From contig ML992510.1 of assembly GCA_010093995.1 (NCBI GenBank), positions 199,504-263,503 of the forward strand: a stretch of 64,000 nucleotides of DNA, given 5' to 3'. The notes beneath the pieces were generated by a model. The model ran no database searches and had not been told where the DNA came from. It saw only the letters and a list, made by a program, of their open reading frames with translations. The stretch is from Elsinoe ampelina (taxonomy: Eukaryota). A program made the translations under genes and the position numbers. Of the stretch, positions 46,800-58,129 are shown one piece after another (the stretch's first letter is position 1; each line of letters opens with the position of its first letter).

Positions 46800-47925
46800 T
46801 CACCCCAGAAGGTCTCCAAGCTTGTCCAAATAAGCAGTTGGCACTACCTCCGCCCCTTCAGCCAAGAAATCCTCCTTCTTACTAACACCCGTCAACACCG
46901 CCAGTGTTCCCCCAAGCTTCCCCTTGATGCCGAATTGAATATCCGTGTTCAGTCTATCGCCCACCATACATGTCCTGCTCCTATCGAACTGGAACTTGCC
47001 CTCGATCGCATCCATCATCGCCTGGCTCGGCTTTCCCAACGCGAGCGGCTCTTTACCCCACGCCTTGACGAGCGGTGCGCCGATACTACCTGCGCCGGGA
47101 AAGAGAGTGTTCGCGTTAGGTAGCGTAGAGTCGACGTTCGTAGCGAGAAAGACGGCACCCTTGCGTAGATACGCCAGTCCGAGTGACAGCTTGAGGTAAT
47201 TGACGTGAAAGTCTAGCCCAGAAAGCACGACGCCTACATCAGGGTCAAGCGCGCTCTCGTCCGCGATGCGCTTGTAATCCTCGGACTCCATATCACGGCG
47301 CAGAGACGGGTCGGTACCACCGCAGTATGGGATTGACTCGGACGCGAGCTCGGCTTCAATGCCTGCCTCTCCAAGCACAAACACCTTATTCTTCGGGGCA
47401 GACAGCTTGAGAATGCGCGAGATGTAGATAGCCGCCGAGTACGAAGATCCAAACACCTCCTCCTGTCTGGCATCAGTCACCCAGCACAACCGTGGTTGAC
47501 ACGTTCGCAAAACGTACCACTTTCGCTGGTATACCCAGATTGTCAAACTTCTTCTTGTAGTCCGCGCGTGACTTTGTCGAATTGTTCGTCACAAACACAA
47601 GCTGTTTGCCTGGCTACTGCTCAGTCCTGCTCCTTCGTACCTCGATAGGTATGTGTGTACCTTTCTCTCTGAGCATTGCGATCGTCTCGGCGGTGCCAGG
47701 AAATACATGATCGCCGGACCAGAGGACGCCTATCCTTCATTCGCGATCAGTGTTCGTTGTGCGGTCCCTGTGGTGCTATCTCGTACCGTCGCAGTCGAAG
47801 AGGAATACCTGTTGCGGTCAGTCGCAAGTCTGCTGTCTAGCGGATGCGAGGCGCACGTCAAAGCGGTCAAGGAAGGCATCTATAGCGGCTTTGTCGCCGG
47901 TGAGATACTGTGAGCCTGCCATCAT
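46800..47925 (-). CDS. PHO13: HAD-IIA 4-nitrophenylphosphatase / phosphoglycolate phosphatase
   Basis: Multi-exon. [43 protein letters not shown]. Confidence 0.9.
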
Positions 47926-48121
47926 GCACACGATACTTTGATTGTGTCGTTGAGAAGTCGGTGGCAGTCATGAAAGTGGGGTGGTGGGGTTGCAAAAGTG
48001 CAATGATGGCTTCGGCACCCCGCAAAAGGCAAGCCGCCGCCATCAATTCCACGACTTCACCCGGCAGCAAGGTCTCAAGAATATTGGAAGATCTTAGGTC
48101 ATCATACAGCACAAGCTACGC

Positions 48122-50257
48122 TCAGGCTTTCACAGCCTCTTTCCCAACTCTCGAACGTCTCTGATTCCTCTCCTTCAACGATGCGTCCCTTGCGAGCTCC
48201 TTCACAAATGGCTGCGAGAACGTGCCCGATTTCCTCCTCGCATCCTGACCTTCACTCGGCTTCAGCACTTCAAACGGATTCTTGCGGCCTCCTCTGCTCA
48301 GTGCTGACCAAGGAACCTCCGTGATCTTCGCTCCACCAGACTGAACACTGTAACGGCGAGATGTGCCACTGCTCGAATTGGACGTCGACGGCAAGGGGAT
48401 CTTCGAGGCTGCCAATTTTGCATCCCAGGAACCATCAATCCTGGTACCTTCGGCAGAGGGACCTGGTGGAGCTGCAGATGACTTCAAATTTGAAGATGGA
48501 GTCGGTCGAGTGCCAGGTCCTGTACCGCTAGGTTGAGACACCACCGATAGACTGCCTTGCATCTCCGATGGCGAGGTAAAGTCCATGTTCATTGTTCCAC
48601 TCGGACCAATCATGGGGACTGGCGTCGACTTTGGCATGGCTGCAGGGATGTTTACGGCCAAGATGAGTGGTGAGTCTGGCCGCATTGTGCGCGCGAGGTC
48701 TGTGGGCGAGCCCGAAGGTGTAGGATTGGCAGTAGCGTATGCTGACGCAACTTGTGGTTCGGGCATGGGCTGCGGCGGCGCTAGGCTTTTGTTCGCCGCT
48801 CGGTCTCGCAAGGTCTTTGCTGCTTGATCAAGCGGCCGTGCTGTCTCGTAAGGAGAGCCTTCGAGCGGGTCCAACTTGGGTGTAGCAGTTCCAACGTCGC
48901 CTTGAGCATCTTGCTTTGCGTCTTCCTTCTTGGGCAGTGAAACGCCGAGATCTTTGGCTGCCGAATCAATGTAGTCAATCAGGTCGGGTACAGATTTGGT
49001 ACGGGAGGTAAGAAACTCAGGTGGTGTATCAAGGATGATCGAGTATCGTCCACGCTCCGGGTCGAGCACATCTGCGCGCTCTGGTTTCATGGTACTCATG
49101 GAAGTGGATACTCGTGCTAGATCCTTTGAGATCTGCTGGAATGAGTCCATGGTTGGAGCCCCATTCCGTAGATTCGTAATGACCCTGTTGAGAGTCCCCC
49201 GGTGCTCAATGATGATTGCGTCAATCATATCACCGAGGTCCGCAGAAACGACTGACGACATGTCGGCCTCAATGATGCTGGGCACAGCGGAGCCTGGGAG
49301 TAAGACAGCTTGGTGATCCGTCGAAGTTCCGATCAAAGATGGTCCGGTCAGTGCTTCTTCCACGGGCGTACCTGGCTCAGTCGCGATCGATGAAATGTCA
49401 GCATTGCCTGGCGAGTCGTTCGGACTTGGTGGTGAAATGACAGGACTGGGTTGGCGTTCTGCATCCTCTCGTCGTCGAATTGTCTCTTCCGCAATACAAT
49501 CTGGGCAAGGTTCTGGCGATATCGAAGTTCCCTCTGTTTTCGTCAGAGCTCTCTCTATGTAGTAATAGGGACTGGTCGTCGGTATCTGATGTCGAATCTT
49601 GTAACCACTTGGAATGTACGCACCACTTCGGCTCCTCTCCATGCCCTCGAGAGTGGGACCACGTTTCTTCTTTACACCCAGTCGTCGCCCATGTCGAGCG
49701 CATGAGTGGTAGGCTGCCGGACTTGTCTCGAACGTGACATCGGGCTCGGTCTTGGGAGTGGCTGGCTGCCGTCTGATAAAGTCTGATCGGTTTCTGCTGG
49801 GCTCCCTTTCGCTGCGAGATACCTCAGAGGGTCTCGGAGTGTCGGGACTTCGGAAGAGGAGAGACGCATGTCTCTGTGGTACAGGAGTGTGTATAGTCGT
49901 TGGCTTGAGCGGTGATTGTGACTGCGTTACAGGAGCTGGTTCATTCTGCGGAACGGCATCTGCATCTCGCCTGACGAAAGGACTCATGCGCTTCGACAGA
50001 TTTGTGGACGTCCTGTGTGGCTTGCTCCCATCCGCCATCGTAACTTGGTCTCTTCTAGTGGGTGAGGCACTGGCTTTCCCTTTCGCCGGGTCATTGATGG
50101 CCTTGATACGGTCGGCTACGCTTGTCCTGCCTCGAGCTCTTGCTGGCATTGGAGGAGCGGCAAGAGCCTGCTCAATTCGTGTAGGTTGCTCTGCTGCACC
50201 GGCAGACAGACTTCGTACGCCGCTTGTCGATGACGGACCATCATCAGTGCCGTCCAA
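48122..50257 (-). CDS. Hypothetical Pro/Ser-rich protein; start uncertain
   Basis: 711-codon open frame that begins at TTG (an upstream exon or the internal ATG ~50148 is likely). Ordered islands SCARHGR, CPDCIAE, DLGDMIDAIIIEHRGTL. Confidence 0.7.
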   Translation of the reverse strand: MDGTDDGPSSTSGVRSLSAGAAEQPTRIEQALAAPPMPARARGRTSVADRIKAINDPAKGKASASPTRRDQVTMADGSKPHRTSTNLSKRMSPFVRRDADAVPQNEPAPVTQSQSPLKPTTIHTPVPQRHASLLFRSPDTPRPSEVSRSEREPSRNRSDFIRRQPATPKTEPDVTFETSPAAYHSCARHGRRLGVKKKRGPTLEGMERSRSGAYIPSGYKIRHQIPTTSPYYYIERALTKTEGTSISPEPCPDCIAEETIRRREDAERQPSPVISPPSPNDSPGNADISSIATEPGTPVEEALTGPSLIGTSTDHQAVLLPGSAVPSIIEADMSSVVSADLGDMIDAIIIEHRGTLNRVITNLRNGAPTMDSFQQISKDLARVSTSMSTMKPERADVLDPERGRYSIILDTPPEFLTSRTKSVPDLIDYIDSAAKDLGVSLPKKEDAKQDAQGDVGTATPKLDPLEGSPYETARPLDQAAKTLRDRAANKSLAPPQPMPEPQVASAYATANPTPSGSPTDLARTMRPDSPLILAVNIPAAMPKSTPVPMIGPSGTMNMDFTSPSEMQGSLSVVSQPSGTGPGTRPTPSSNLKSSAAPPGPSAEGTRIDGSWDAKLAASKIPLPSTSNSSSGTSRRYSVQSGGAKITEVPWSALSRGGRKNPFEVLKPSEGQDARRKSGTFSQPFVKELARDASLKERNQRRSRVGKEAVKA

Positions 50258-50725
50258 ACTTGGTGGCGAGGCTGCGTAAACACACGCAATGCTGGAACAG
50301 CCATAGCTTGAATTGGATGGATCTGCCTATGACCTTCTCCGAGTGGAGCCAGTCCGAGCTGCGTTTGCGTAGGTCACGAATGCTGGGCATTCGACGAGCA
50401 TCACTCGACATGAAATGTAGTAGGGGTTCTGCAAATCCTAGGATAAGTATGCGTGATGATATTGAACAAATAATGAAGAAAAAATATTGAATGAATCAAA
50501 GAGCAGGGTCGGCCTCTGATAAACGTCGGGTCTCTAATGGACGCTCCATAGATCACGGCTGACACTTGGTCAACTCGTACTTGCGAAGAAGGAGCGACGA
50601 AGTCTGAGCCGGAGGACGGGATGCTGCTCATAACATCAGTGGATACCGGAAGTGAATTCGAATGCTATCTCAAGTTCAGAATTCTCAAAAGTTGCCTGTT
50701 TGAAGCACGCTATGTACAACTCCGT

Positions 50726-51509
50726 CTACTTGAGAGCAGCTTGCAAACTCTCCAGAACCTGTCGTATTGTCAGCATGAACTATCATTTGAACCTCGCTTT
50801 GTCATACCTCGAGCTCTATTTTAGCCTCAGCGACATCCTGCTCACTTCCGCTGCCGTTCGCAATCTTCTGTGCCTCGGAGATCTGGTTCCTGACGGCCTG
50901 TCACATTGTCAGCGCTGTTTCTTCAACCCTCACCGAACACGCCTACCTCTGCGCTAAAGTCCTCGACCGCATATCCCTCAACAGCATTGATGCTGAGTTT
51001 CGAGCCAGGCTGCACGACGGCGAAGCCTCCAGACACTATTGCGCTGTATCAGCCATTGTCCAAGCTTATATGATGTTTCCCTTCGCATGCTCCGAGGGTC
51101 CAGGTCGTCACGTACGGAAGAATTGCTTGCTGCCTCCAGACTCCTCAATGACCTCAACGAGACCAGGCTTCAATTGCTCGATCGATGGAACGTGGCTGGC
51201 GAGGACACCCATCTCTCCGGACTCTGCTGGTATGTTGACTTGTACACTGTTTCGGTTGTCAGATCCAGCTCAAAGTATCGACACTGGTTTTGAATTCGTA
51301 CACATCTTGCGACTTGTAGATAGACTGTCTCGATTGTCAGCTATCACAGAAATGGCTGCTCCAGGCCGTCGACATACCTGGTGAGGAAGAGCGAGGGAAA
51401 GTTGGATCTTGTCCGCGGCCACATCGGCGTAGCCACGGCGGGCGACGATGGGCTTGAAAGCCGTAGGGCGTGCCCTGAGGACTGATCGCGCGACACGAAG
51501 AGATGACAT
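50726..51509 (-). CDS. ATP16: Mitochondrial F1 ATP synthase delta subunit
   Basis: Presequence MSSLRVARSVLRAR..RRGYA, LSLALPHQ, QVNIPAESGEMGVLASHVPSIEQLKPG, SGGFAVVQP, ends LESLQAALK*. Several introns. Confidence 0.95.
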
Positions 51510-51859
51510 TGTGCTGAGAGAATTCGTTGGTGTTCAATCGCTGTCGCTGTCGCGGATTGCTGTTCTTCTGAGGTTTGCACTCGGAAGCTGCAGGTCTTGG
51601 CACGGAAAAGACCGGATTATGTAAGTCCGCTGCTGGGCATAGGAGGAGCCTCACAGTGCCATCGACCTACACAATGCTTAATGCATAGCCGAGCGTACTG
51701 GTGCATTCACGAGATACATTAATTCGGCAATACAATCACAGATGGGCGTGAGTAAAAATCATCAAATTCGTTGCTAGGTTCTATGGGTATATCCTGGGTA
51801 CTCTTTTCGACTACTTGTCTTATCGTCCCAGACTTCCTTCCATTACATCTTCAACGACC

Positions 51860-53482
51860 TTAGTGGCCGCCGATCTGACCCTTTGGAAGAGGAGGAATCC
51901 AGGCGACAGCAAGGTTGATGGCAATGTACATGATGCCCATGATCCAGATGACAGTGTGATAGTTGGTACCATTGTAGCGGAAGATAATAGCGAAGATGAC
52001 TCCGCCAACTGCACATAGTTAGCATGAGGTACAGGATGGCAGCCTTGTGAAAAACTTACAGTTACCAGTCGCACCGACCATACCAGACAAGACACCATTG
52101 GCGTGCGGGTGAACGTGAGGAACCAGAGCAAAGTTGGCACCATTGCCAGCTTCATGGAAGAAAGCCATTCCGGCAATCAAACCGATCATGGTCGACAAAT
52201 CCTTCGGGTCTGTGATACCAATGGCGATGAGGAAAGCACCCGCCACGACTCCGACGAAGACAATCCACATCTTCTTCGCCCACAAGCTCTTGTTGGTGTA
52301 CTTGTAGATCAAATCACCGATGAAACCACCAGCAGGTCGAGTGACGACGTTGAGCAGACCGAACATGGCCGCCCACCGACCGCTGCCAGTCTGGCCGAGA
52401 GACGGGAAGTTCTTGAGGTAGTATGAGCCGAGGATGGAGTTGATGGCCAGTTCACCACCGAAGGAACAGAAGTATGGCATGGTGAGGGCAATGGTGTGAA
52501 GCGAGATGAAGATCTTGCCAATCTCCTTGGCGGTGGGTGCCTTGATGACTTCTCCTTGGGCTTCGCGGACCTCTGCCATCTCACCGACAGCGACGTCAGG
52601 GGTGGCTGCCTCCATGGCGCGGAGATCCTTCTTCTCCTTGCCTGCGTCGGAGCTGGTGCGTTTGGCCTCATCGCTGTCGCTTGCGGCGTCTGGTGTGGCG
52701 GCGACTACTGCCTGGGCGTTCTGCGCGACGGCTTGATGGCGTTCAGACCACTTGCCGACTGGGGTGTCTGGGCAGAAGATGAGCATGGCGATGGCGGTGG
52801 AGGTGATCATGATGAAGGGGACGATGAAGGCGACTCGCCAGGCGACGCGAGACTCGAGACCTCGTTGACGGACGAGGGAGTCGTAGATGGCTGGCATGAC
52901 GAAGCTAAGTAAAGGGTCAGTGTTGGCTCTACCATGGTGAGAGGGGTCCACTCACTATGTGATACCACCGCCAGCGTTACCCCAGCCACCTGCGAGGGCA
53001 TTGGCAGTACCGACGACGTTCTTGTCGAAGAATCCGGTGCACCATACTTGGCAAGGTACGAAGACGCCACCGAGGATACCGACGAAGAAACGGAGGGTGA
53101 TCAAGCCACCTGGAGTCGTCACAGTACCGGCAAGTGCTGTGGGGATAGATCCAGCCAGAAGCGTGAAGGCGAATACTTTTCGAGGTCCATACTTGTCACA
53201 AAGCGGTCCACAGATAAAGCGGACGAGCAGCGTGGCGGTAAGAGCGGCAATGTTGGAGTTGGCGACATCGTTGTTGGTCAATTGCAGATCCCGTCGGATG
53301 GTAATGGTCATAAGCGGGGGGAACGCATACCATGACCAGAAAGCGATCAGGAAGCCAAACCAGGAGAAGAAGAAAACTCGGCCGTAAACATTGACGACAT
53401 TGAAGACGGGAATAGAGCGGGCCTTGTGGTTGATAGGGTTGATAGTGGGGGCTCCGTAGAGATGGCGGAGTTTTAGACCCAT
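51860..53482 (-). CDS. crnA: High-affinity nitrate transporter (NRT2/CrnA, MFS nitrate-nitrite porter)
   Basis: [12 protein letters not shown], nitrate signature [36 protein letters not shown]-terminus [13 protein letters not shown]. Two introns near 52907-52955 and 52010-52060. Confidence 0.93.
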
Positions 53483-53732
53483 CTTGTTGGTTGTATATGC
53501 ACGATGATTACCCCAGGCCTGAAAAAGGGTACCGACAGTCTGGATAGGAGCGCCGAAAGATAGAGACTTGACGATGAAATGCACGAGACGGGCTCACTTA
53601 TTGTATCAACGAGGACGTCCATTGGCCAAGAAGACCAAGACTCAGGAGTGCTCAATGGCCCTATCGAGTCGCTGCGCCAAACTCTCATGTGGCAGCATAA
53701 CGAGCTTCAAGACATGGGATGATGTATTGCTT

Positions 53733-53740
53733 CTCCGCGG
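53733..53740. promoter_or_regulatory. NirA-type binding site CTCCGCGG upstream of the nitrate transporter, with several GATA (AreA) sites at 53540-54060
   Basis: Exact match to the CTCCGHGG consensus ~250 bp upstream of the ATG. GATAR/YTATC at ~53543, 53559, 53845, 53882-53892, 53958, 54040, 54055. Confidence 0.7.
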
Positions 53741-54802
53741 ATCTACTCCCATGTGGGAGGGGGGCGGAGAGGAAACATGTGCATGGCTGGAGATGCATCG
53801 ACGGAAGTGCAGATGTGGGTGAGAGGGACGAACGTGCGCCGAGAGATAAGAGACGTGAAACCACGCGCAAGAGAAAAGGGTCTTATCTGATAGTGGAGCC
53901 TCAGCCAAAACGATGCGACTGCCCACCAACGAATCCGGTCTTCTCTCATGCAGGTCTGATAATCGGGATGGAACGGGACCGAATGGCTGACGGACTCACC
54001 TGGTTTCTAAGGAGTCTCTCAACTGTTGCACGCGGGTTCTTATCTATGTGGCAGGATAGACCTTTAGCCTGGACCCCCAGGTGGTTTACGCATCTCCGTC
54101 GTCATGCTCTGACTGCGGTTAATTTCCATTGAGAAACCGTGTTTAGGCATCTCCGCGCTGGTATGGTCGATTGGTCGTGGATATTTTGGTCCGGAATGTG
54201 TGTCGTTCAGAGGCTGAAGTTGTTGAGGATTAGGATGCAGAGCTTCTGATTGGCTGCAGATATCAAGATGCAAATTCCGAGATCGGCATTCATGCTCAGC
54301 ACCTATTTTCCTGTCTGCCAATCGCGTTGTGTATAATTAATGTTGCAACATCATGTTTTGACCCTGCGAATTGAAAGTCATTCATGCGGGGATGTCGCCT
54401 CAAGTTGTTGCTGGGGGCAGAACGCACCCGGACGGAATCTACAAGAAAAAGCATGTCACGTGACCTTTGACGCACGTGATTAGGGCTCCACCGGTAAAAA
54501 CCAACCTCGCTAAGCATTACCGAGGAACCGGCATATGGTTTGGCTACCTCGAGACCACACATACCATGCTAGAACCTCAATTACTGGAGGTGCTGCTTGC
54601 CTCACTTGAACATCCTTCGGTTTGTATATGTACGGACGTATGACTGTAGGCAGCAGCAATAATTCACAACCAACACCGACCCACGCACTCTGGATGAGTG
54701 ATCAAATCAGGACATCCAAGTCAGACGGTTCGTAAATAGGGCAATCTCTTCCTATCATCCACGCATCTCCAGTTCTTCTTCCCTCCAACAACACCAATCA
54801 AA

Positions 54803-55660
54803 ATGTCCAAAATGTCCCTCCCCACCTTCCAACAGCTCACCCCCAGCGTCGCCATCTCCCACCCTCCCAGCCCCACCACCGCCCCCTCCCCTTCCGCCGC
54901 CCCCTCCGCCATCCTCCTCTTCACCTGGCTCGGCGCCGGCCCCCGCCACATCGCCAAATACACCGCGGGCTACCGTGCTCTCTTCCCCACCTCCGCCCTC
55001 ATCCTCGTCCGCATCGAATTCTGGGGCATGATCGGCCACCCGGCCTCCGCCGAACGCCAAGGCGTCACCGCCATCGAAGCCGCGCTCGCCACTGCGCGCG
55101 ACGCCGACCCCGCGCGGGTCCTCGTCCACGTCTGGTCCAATGGCGGCGCGTTCATGTACCAAGCCGCTGCGGGGGGGTATGCGCGGCAACACAAGGCGCC
55201 GTTCGCGCCGGGGGTGGTGTTTCTCGATTCGACGCCGGGGAGCGCGAGGTTTGTAGGGGCGTATGGGAAGGCGTTGAATTTGATGAAGGCGGTGCTGCCG
55301 AGGACGTTCCTCATGCGGTTGGTGGGGTATGGGTATGCGGTGTTGTTTGTGCTGGCGTTGTTTGTGTTGCCGAGGTTGAGGGGGTATAGGAGTTTGCCCG
55401 GGATGTTGAGGAGGAATTTGAATGATGTCAAGTATGTGCCCAAGGGGACGGCGAGGAGTTATTTCTATTCGGATGGGGATGAGTTGATTGAGAAGGAGTG
55501 GGTGGAGAGGCATGGGGAGGAGGCGAGGGAGAGGGGGTATGATGTGAGTTTTGTGGAGTTTGGAGGGACAGGGCATGTGGCGCATATGAAGGGTGATCCG
55601 GAGAGGTATTGGGGGCATGTCAGGGAGAGGTGGGAGAGCGTGACTACCAGGAAGGAGTGA
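54803..55660 (+). CDS. DUF829/TMEM53 (PaxU-like) alpha/beta-hydrolase-fold protein
   Basis: FTWLGA..RHIAKY, HVWSNGG, FLDSTPG, YFYSDGDELI, GHVAH. Confidence 0.85.
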   Translation: MSKMSLPTFQQLTPSVAISHPPSPTTAPSPSAAPSAILLFTWLGAGPRHIAKYTAGYRALFPTSALILVRIEFWGMIGHPASAERQGVTAIEAALATARDADPARVLVHVWSNGGAFMYQAAAGGYARQHKAPFAPGVVFLDSTPGSARFVGAYGKALNLMKAVLPRTFLMRLVGYGYAVLFVLALFVLPRLRGYRSLPGMLRRNLNDVKYVPKGTARSYFYSDGDELIEKEWVERHGEEARERGYDVSFVEFGGTGHVAHMKGDPERYWGHVRERWESVTTRKE

Positions 55661-56038
55661 GTGGTGGGCTGGCGGTTGTCAGTCTCTGGCAATGCTTGCC
55701 TACCAAACCCAGCTGTAGCTGTAATGTGGAAGTCAGAGAGCTACATGCTGAGTTGAGATGACGATGGCAGCTTCTACGCGGACAGGATCACTGGCATGGA
55801 TACCTCTGCCGCAATGCCGGCGTACTATCAGCCAACACGTCAAGTGAACCGAAAACGTTGGATGGACAGGCTTTTGTATGGTAGACCTGGTGGCTATCTC
55901 GTACATTGCAAGTAATTTAAATCCCCTAAAGATGCAAACCCGTCTACTGTTGTCATTCCCGAACGCCATCAACCCACGTAATTACCGTCTATTTACCGCT
56001 CTGCTCTTCAGACCTCTGCAAAGCCTCAGCTCGAGTGC

Positions 56039-57106
56039 CTATACTGATTCCGCCCTCTTGCTTACCTCCGTCATCTCTTTGTCATCCTTGGGTATCGGCT
56101 GGCCAATGTACTCTGGCCACTGACGCTCCTCCCAGAAGTTGGTCATCTTGTGACCGTGGCCGGTGAGGATACCGTAGATATTGAAAGGATCAATGGCAGT
56201 GGCAACGACAGAGCGCTTGTCCCTAGCAGAAAATCCAGGGCCGAGACGCTCGGTCTTGCCGTCGAATTGGTCGAGAAATACCTTGTGGGACTTGGGCAGG
56301 TAGGCGCCAGGCGTGAAATATGTTAAGAAGCACACGAAGAGTGTTACATTGGCGCTTTCCAGGACCCATAGCGGCCATTCGTGGGTGGAGAGGTAGCCGC
56401 AGTAGCCGAGAGGGTTGTCGCTCGATGGTACACACTTGGTCTTCTCGAATCCCTCAATAGTCCGGACGATGGTGCGGAGCAAGATCATGGATGAGGTGAG
56501 GTAAAGCATGTAGATCATGGTGCGGATATTCTTTGGTAGGGTGCCGGCTTTTGAAGCTCGGATATGGATCCATGCTGTGAGCGAGAAGAAGCAAGCTTCC
56601 AAGAGACACTGTAGGATGAAACCAGCTTTGTACATGGCGATGCCGGTCTTGATTTGCTGCGCATCACTGGGGTCGGCGCGGCCAATGGCATTTGAGGCGC
56701 CAGTATTGCACAGTACTTCGATTACGATTGAGATGAGGAGGAAGGTGCTTAGTACGCGGCCAGGGTGAATAGGGGCGTGATATGGTAAGTAGGCGAGGAT
56801 CCGCCCGAGAATGAAGGACTCGGCGGCGGCATAGAGAGGTGGACCGGCGAGCACCATTACGTACTGGGCGATGAAGATGGGGATATTCTGAACGTTGCGG
56901 ACAGAGATGGCTCTGCAGATGAATGCGGCGACCCACACCGTGGAGGCCCAGGTCATGATGAAGCCGAATCGCTGCCATTTGTACCTGAAGAAGTTCTGGT
57001 AGGCATTCAATCCCCCGAGGATGAAAATGAGGACAGCGAAGACGATGGGGAGAGCTTTGTTCGGATTGTAAGGGTAAAGAGACCAAGTACTTCCAGAGTC
57101 AGCCAT
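56039..57106 (-). CDS. RTA1-like 7-TM lipid-translocating exporter family protein
   Basis: YPYNPNK N-terminus, PPLYAAAESFILGRI, LLRTIVRTIE, HEW; seven hydrophobic segments. Confidence 0.88.
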   Translation of the reverse strand: MADSGSTWSLYPYNPNKALPIVFAVLIFILGGLNAYQNFFRYKWQRFGFIMTWASTVWVAAFICRAISVRNVQNIPIFIAQYVMVLAGPPLYAAAESFILGRILAYLPYHAPIHPGRVLSTFLLISIVIEVLCNTGASNAIGRADPSDAQQIKTGIAMYKAGFILQCLLEACFFSLTAWIHIRASKAGTLPKNIRTMIYMLYLTSSMILLRTIVRTIEGFEKTKCVPSSDNPLGYCGYLSTHEWPLWVLESANVTLFVCFLTYFTPGAYLPKSHKVFLDQFDGKTERLGPGFSARDKRSVVATAIDPFNIYGILTGHGHKMTNFWEERQWPEYIGQPIPKDDKEMTEVSKRAESV

Positions 57107-57263
57107 TGTGGTAATTTCCAATTGGTAATTGTCGGAGAGTTCAGTGTCGGGCGATGAGAGCGTTGCGATATGAAGCGGCGAGGATGATGTGACGTGAGAT
57201 TCTGGAAGTATTGATGCGTCGTTCTGGTGGTGTTTGCTAAGACCTGGCAGGATCGTGAAGATG

Positions 57264-57298
57264 GAATTTGGTGAATTTGGTGAATTTGGTGAATTTGG
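57264..57298. repeat. 9-bp tandem repeat (GAATTTGGT) x4 upstream of RTA1
   Basis: Directly visible. Confidence 0.9.
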
Positions 57299-58129
57299 GT
57301 GTGAGATCCGGAGTGGTCTAGCGGGCAGTCGAATCGAGACTGTCTTCTCTGTCTTTGAGACCCCGGAGTTCCCTTGGTAGAATTGAGAGTAAGTATGAAA
57401 AAGGGTTCAACATCGAGTAGGAGAGTCTTGATACTTATAACATGTCGATTTCAAACATTCAGACATGTCCCAAGGCAAAACAGGCAAGACACTACACAAT
57501 CTACATACACGCTCTGCGGCGGTGCAGTCGTTGAGCGCTCCATGTCGACACAAATGGGATAGCTCGCCAGTGAGACTGCCAGCATCTTTCGGCCGAAAGC
57601 GTTTCGAGTCAATATGCGTGTGGACCAGGACATCAGAAACGCAATCAAGCCTCGTCGGGTGGCCCGAAGGAAGCGAACGTGTAGAGGGCAAGAAGAGTAC
57701 AGTAGATGACGATGAATCAAGCTTTGAGCCAAGGAAAGCCAAACGGAGCGCAACGCATGTGCAGAAAGCGGTCGAGGTGCTTACGGATCAAACTGGGACA
57801 CGAGATGAGCCGTTCCTGGCATGGTGGGCTCACAACTGAAAGCTGCCAAAGACAGGGCTGGCACATCTGCAGGCTTGACACTCTAGCTCCAGCTACCCAA
57901 TCTGACGCGTGGTAGACGACGTGCCGCAATCCGGTCACGCTCCATCACATTCAGGCATCCCAACATGCTTATCCGACCTGTCAAGCTACAGATGCGTCTG
58001 CCTGATGCTATGGCTGCGGCTTGTGCCTGTAGCACAGACCCTACCTGATCGTGCTAACTCTATGGAGCTCCGCCCTGCGACCTTGCCCCCCCTTCTTCTA
58101 CATCTCGTTCACGTTCACTGTCGACGGGC

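Noticed and set aside
54803..55660. PaxU-like gene as a sign of an indole-diterpene cluster
   Set aside because: DUF829 proteins are widespread, and no GGPP synthase, prenyltransferase or cyclase is nearby.
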